Shown piece after piece: positions 62,220 through 64,000 of a stretch of DNA of 64,000 nucleotides. Below the pieces are notes generated by a model. That model did not search any database and had not been told where the DNA came from. It worked only from the letters and a program-made list of their open reading frames with translations. The stretch comes from Chloroflexota bacterium. GTDB taxonomy: Bacteria > Chloroflexota > Dehalococcoidia > UBA2979. The stretch covers positions 1,538 through 65,537 of the forward strand of contig CANJBO010000008.1 in the NCBI GenBank assembly GCA_947472995.1. Reading direction: 5' to 3'. Positions within the stretch are counted from its first letter, which is position 1, and every line of letters starts with the position of its first letter. Position numbers and translations under genes: made by a program.

Positions 62220-64000
62220 CTAGCCGACGAACAGCGGTGCGAGCACCAGCGTGACCGTGGCGAGCAGCTTGATGAGCACGTGCAGCGACGGGCCGGCGGT
62301 GTCCTTGAACGGGTCACCCACGGTGTCACCGACGACCGCAGCCTTGTGCTGGTCAGAGCCCTTGCCGTCGCCACCGCCGGACTCGACGAACTTCTTCGCG
62401 TTGTCCCAGGCACCGCCCGAGTTGTTGAAGAAGGTCGCCATCATGATGCCGCCGATGGTGCCGATGATGAGCATGCCCGAGACGGCCAGCCACCCCGACG
62501 CGTTGTGGTAGACCTGACCGTTGACCACGACCTCCGCGTCACGGAGGAAGCGGAACAGCAGGCCGACGACGATCGGCATGCCCACCACGAGCACGCCCGG
62601 GAAGATCATCTCCTTCAGGGCCGCGCGCGCGGTGATGTCCACGGCGCGGGCGTAGTCCGGACGGACGGTGCCGGCCATGATGCCCGGGTTCTCGCGGAAC
62701 TGGCGGCGCACTTCCTCGATGATCTTGCCAGCGGCGGAGCCGACGGCACGGATCGTGAGCGAGGAGAACACGAACACCAGCATGACGCCCAGCAGACCAC
62801 CGACGAACACGTCGATGCTCGACAGGTCGATCGGCAGCTCCGCCGTCAGCGGGATGCCGAGGCGCTCCTTGATCTTGTCGAGGTAGGCGCTGAAGAGCAG
62901 GAACGCCGCCAGGCCGGCGGAGGCCACGGCGTAGCCCTTCGTCAGGGCCTTCGTGGTGTTGCCGACCGCATCCAGGGCGTCCGTGATGTCGCGCGCGCTG
63001 GCGGGCGCGTGGGCCATCTCGTTGATGCCACCGGCGTTGTCGGTGATCGGGCCGAAGGTGTCCATCGCCAGGATGTAGGCGGCAGACATCAGCATGCCCA
63101 TGGTCGCCACGGCCGTACCGAAAATGCCGGCCGTGTAGGCCGGGACGTTCGGGATGTTCGCGTGCGAACCGACCACGTACGAGACGATCAGCGCGAGGCC
63201 GATCGAGATGGCGGTCGCGGCGGTCGTCTCAAGACCAACAGCCGTGCCGATGATGATGTTGGTCGCAGGGCCGGTGCGCGAAGCCTCGGCGATCTCCTGC
63301 ACGGGCCGCCACGAGCCGGCCGTGTAGTACTGCGTGATGAACACGAAGGCAATGCCTGTGATGATGCCGACCACGCCACAGATGAAGAACGGGCTCCAGA
63401 ACTCGCCCATCATCATGCGCGTGCAGATGAAGAGGCCGACGACGGACAGCACGGACACGACGTAGTAGCCGCCGTTGAGTGCCCCCATCGGGTTCTTGAT
63501 CGTCTTCGCCTCGTCCCGGGCGAAGAAGGGGACCGTCAGCAGGCCGATGACGGCCGCGATGATGCCGAACGAGCGGAGCACGAGCGGGAACAGGATCCAC
63601 TCGATGTGACCCGTGACCGTGGCGATCGCCACGCCCAGGATCATCGCGCCGATGTTCTCGGCGGACATGGACTCGAAGAGGTCCGCGCCACGGCCGGCGC
63701 AGTCGCCGACGTTGTCACCGACCAGGTCGGCGACGACGGCCGCGTTGCGGGGGTCGTCCTCCGGGATGCCGGCCTCGACCTTGCCGACGAGGTCGGCGCC
63801 GACGTCAGCGGCCTTCGTGTAGATGCCGCCGCCGATCTGGGCGAACAGCGCGACGAACGAGGCGCCGAAGCCGAAGCCGACCAGCAGGAACGGCGCGATC
63901 GCGATCGGGACACCGAAGATCTCGGTGTACGCGAAGAAGAGACCGGCGACGCCGATCAGGCTCATCGCCACGACCAGGAAGCCGGAGACCGCGCCGCCGC
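62220..64000 (-). CDS. hppA: membrane-bound H+-translocating pyrophosphatase, K+-independent type; N-terminus outside window
   Basis: GGAWDNAKKFVE, GDTVGDPFKDTAGPS, DNVGDCAGRGADLFES. GNTTKALTKGYA carries the Lys typical of K+-independent enzymes. The frame stays open to the window end. Confidence 0.93.
   Translation of the reverse strand, partial: GGAVSGFLVVAMSLIGVAGLFFAYTEIFGVPIAIAPFLLVGFGFGASFVALFAQIGGGIYTKAADVGADLVGKVEAGIPEDDPRNAAVVADLVGDNVGDCAGRGADLFESMSAENIGAMILGVAIATVTGHIEWILFPLVLRSFGIIAAVIGLLTVPFFARDEAKTIKNPMGALNGGYYVVSVLSVVGLFICTRMMMGEFWSPFFICGVVGIITGIAFVFITQYYTAGSWRPVQEIAEASRTGPATNIIIGTAVGLETTAATAISIGLALIVSYVVGSHANIPNVPAYTAGIFGTAVATMGMLMSAAYILAMDTFGPITDNAGGINEMAHAPASARDITDALDAVGNTTKALTKGYAVASAGLAAFLLFSAYLDKIKERLGIPLTAELPIDLSSIDVFVGGLLGVMLVFVFSSLTIRAVGSAAGKIIEEVRRQFRENPGIMAGTVRPDYARAVDITARAALKEMIFPGVLVVGMPIVVGLLFRFLRDAEVVVNGQVYHNASGWLAVSGMLIIGTIGGIMMATFFNNSGGAWDNAKKFVESGGGDGKGSDQHKAAVVGDTVGDPFKDTAGPSLHVLIKLLATVTLVLAPLFVG

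Noticed and set aside
59501-62413. 970-aa minus-strand ORF, the longest in the track
   Set aside because: Only its last 108 codons (59501-59827, NIPSNAP) look real. The rest is Arg/Ala/Pro/Asp-rich antisense to the well-supported histidine kinase gene. This is a typical high-GC shadow ORF.

Overview
High-GC (about 70%) bacterial chromosomal window, gene-dense on both strands, with about 60 supportable protein genes. I recognised no rRNA, tRNA, CRISPR array, transposase, integrase or prophage gene. High GC makes the six-frame track full of long spurious Arg/Ala/Pro-rich ORFs. Calls therefore rest on recognisable family motifs, gene spacing and start-codon context. Main content in order: truncated AcsA-like acyl-CoA synthetase; a complete classical menaquinone operon menF-menD-menH-menB-menA-menC-menE (3350-12232); directly after it a PHP-phosphoesterase/hotdog fusion plus three tandem paralogous MaoC-like hotdog genes with a degenerate hydratase motif (12288-14932); DsbA/FrnE-like oxidoreductase and RNase D (divergent); Tat-lipoprotein alpha-carbonic anhydrase; a divergent yceI/hxlR pair with readable back-to-back promoters; M3 peptidase; DUF2277, LLM oxidoreductase, O-methyltransferase, flavin reductase, TetR; TypA/BipA; EamA transporter; DinB, YgjP-type metallopeptidase, PAS protein; a MacA/MacB-type ABC efflux operon whose adaptor carries a roughly 90-residue collagen-like Gly-X-Y insert; acyltransferase, exonuclease III; a tightly coupled nurA-herA-sbcD-sbcC operon (39877-46419) preceded by a perfect GAAC-N4-GTTC LexA-type box; acyl-CoA dehydrogenase-family protein, family-5 solute-binding protein, hydrolases, MFS/DMT transporters, OafA-like acyltransferase-SGNH, DEAD-box helicase, NIPSNAP, an orphan Cache histidine kinase and a truncated K+-independent H+-pyrophosphatase. 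A dispersed family of nested GC-rich palindromic repeats (REP/MITE-like) occupies 9 intergenic loci, mostly between convergent genes. The most interesting candidates are the SOS-box-linked archaeal-style NurA-HerA-SbcDC module and the PHP/four-hotdog cluster attached to the men operon. Taxon cannot be determined from sequence alone; a high-GC Chloroflexota/Actinomycetota-like organism is a guess.
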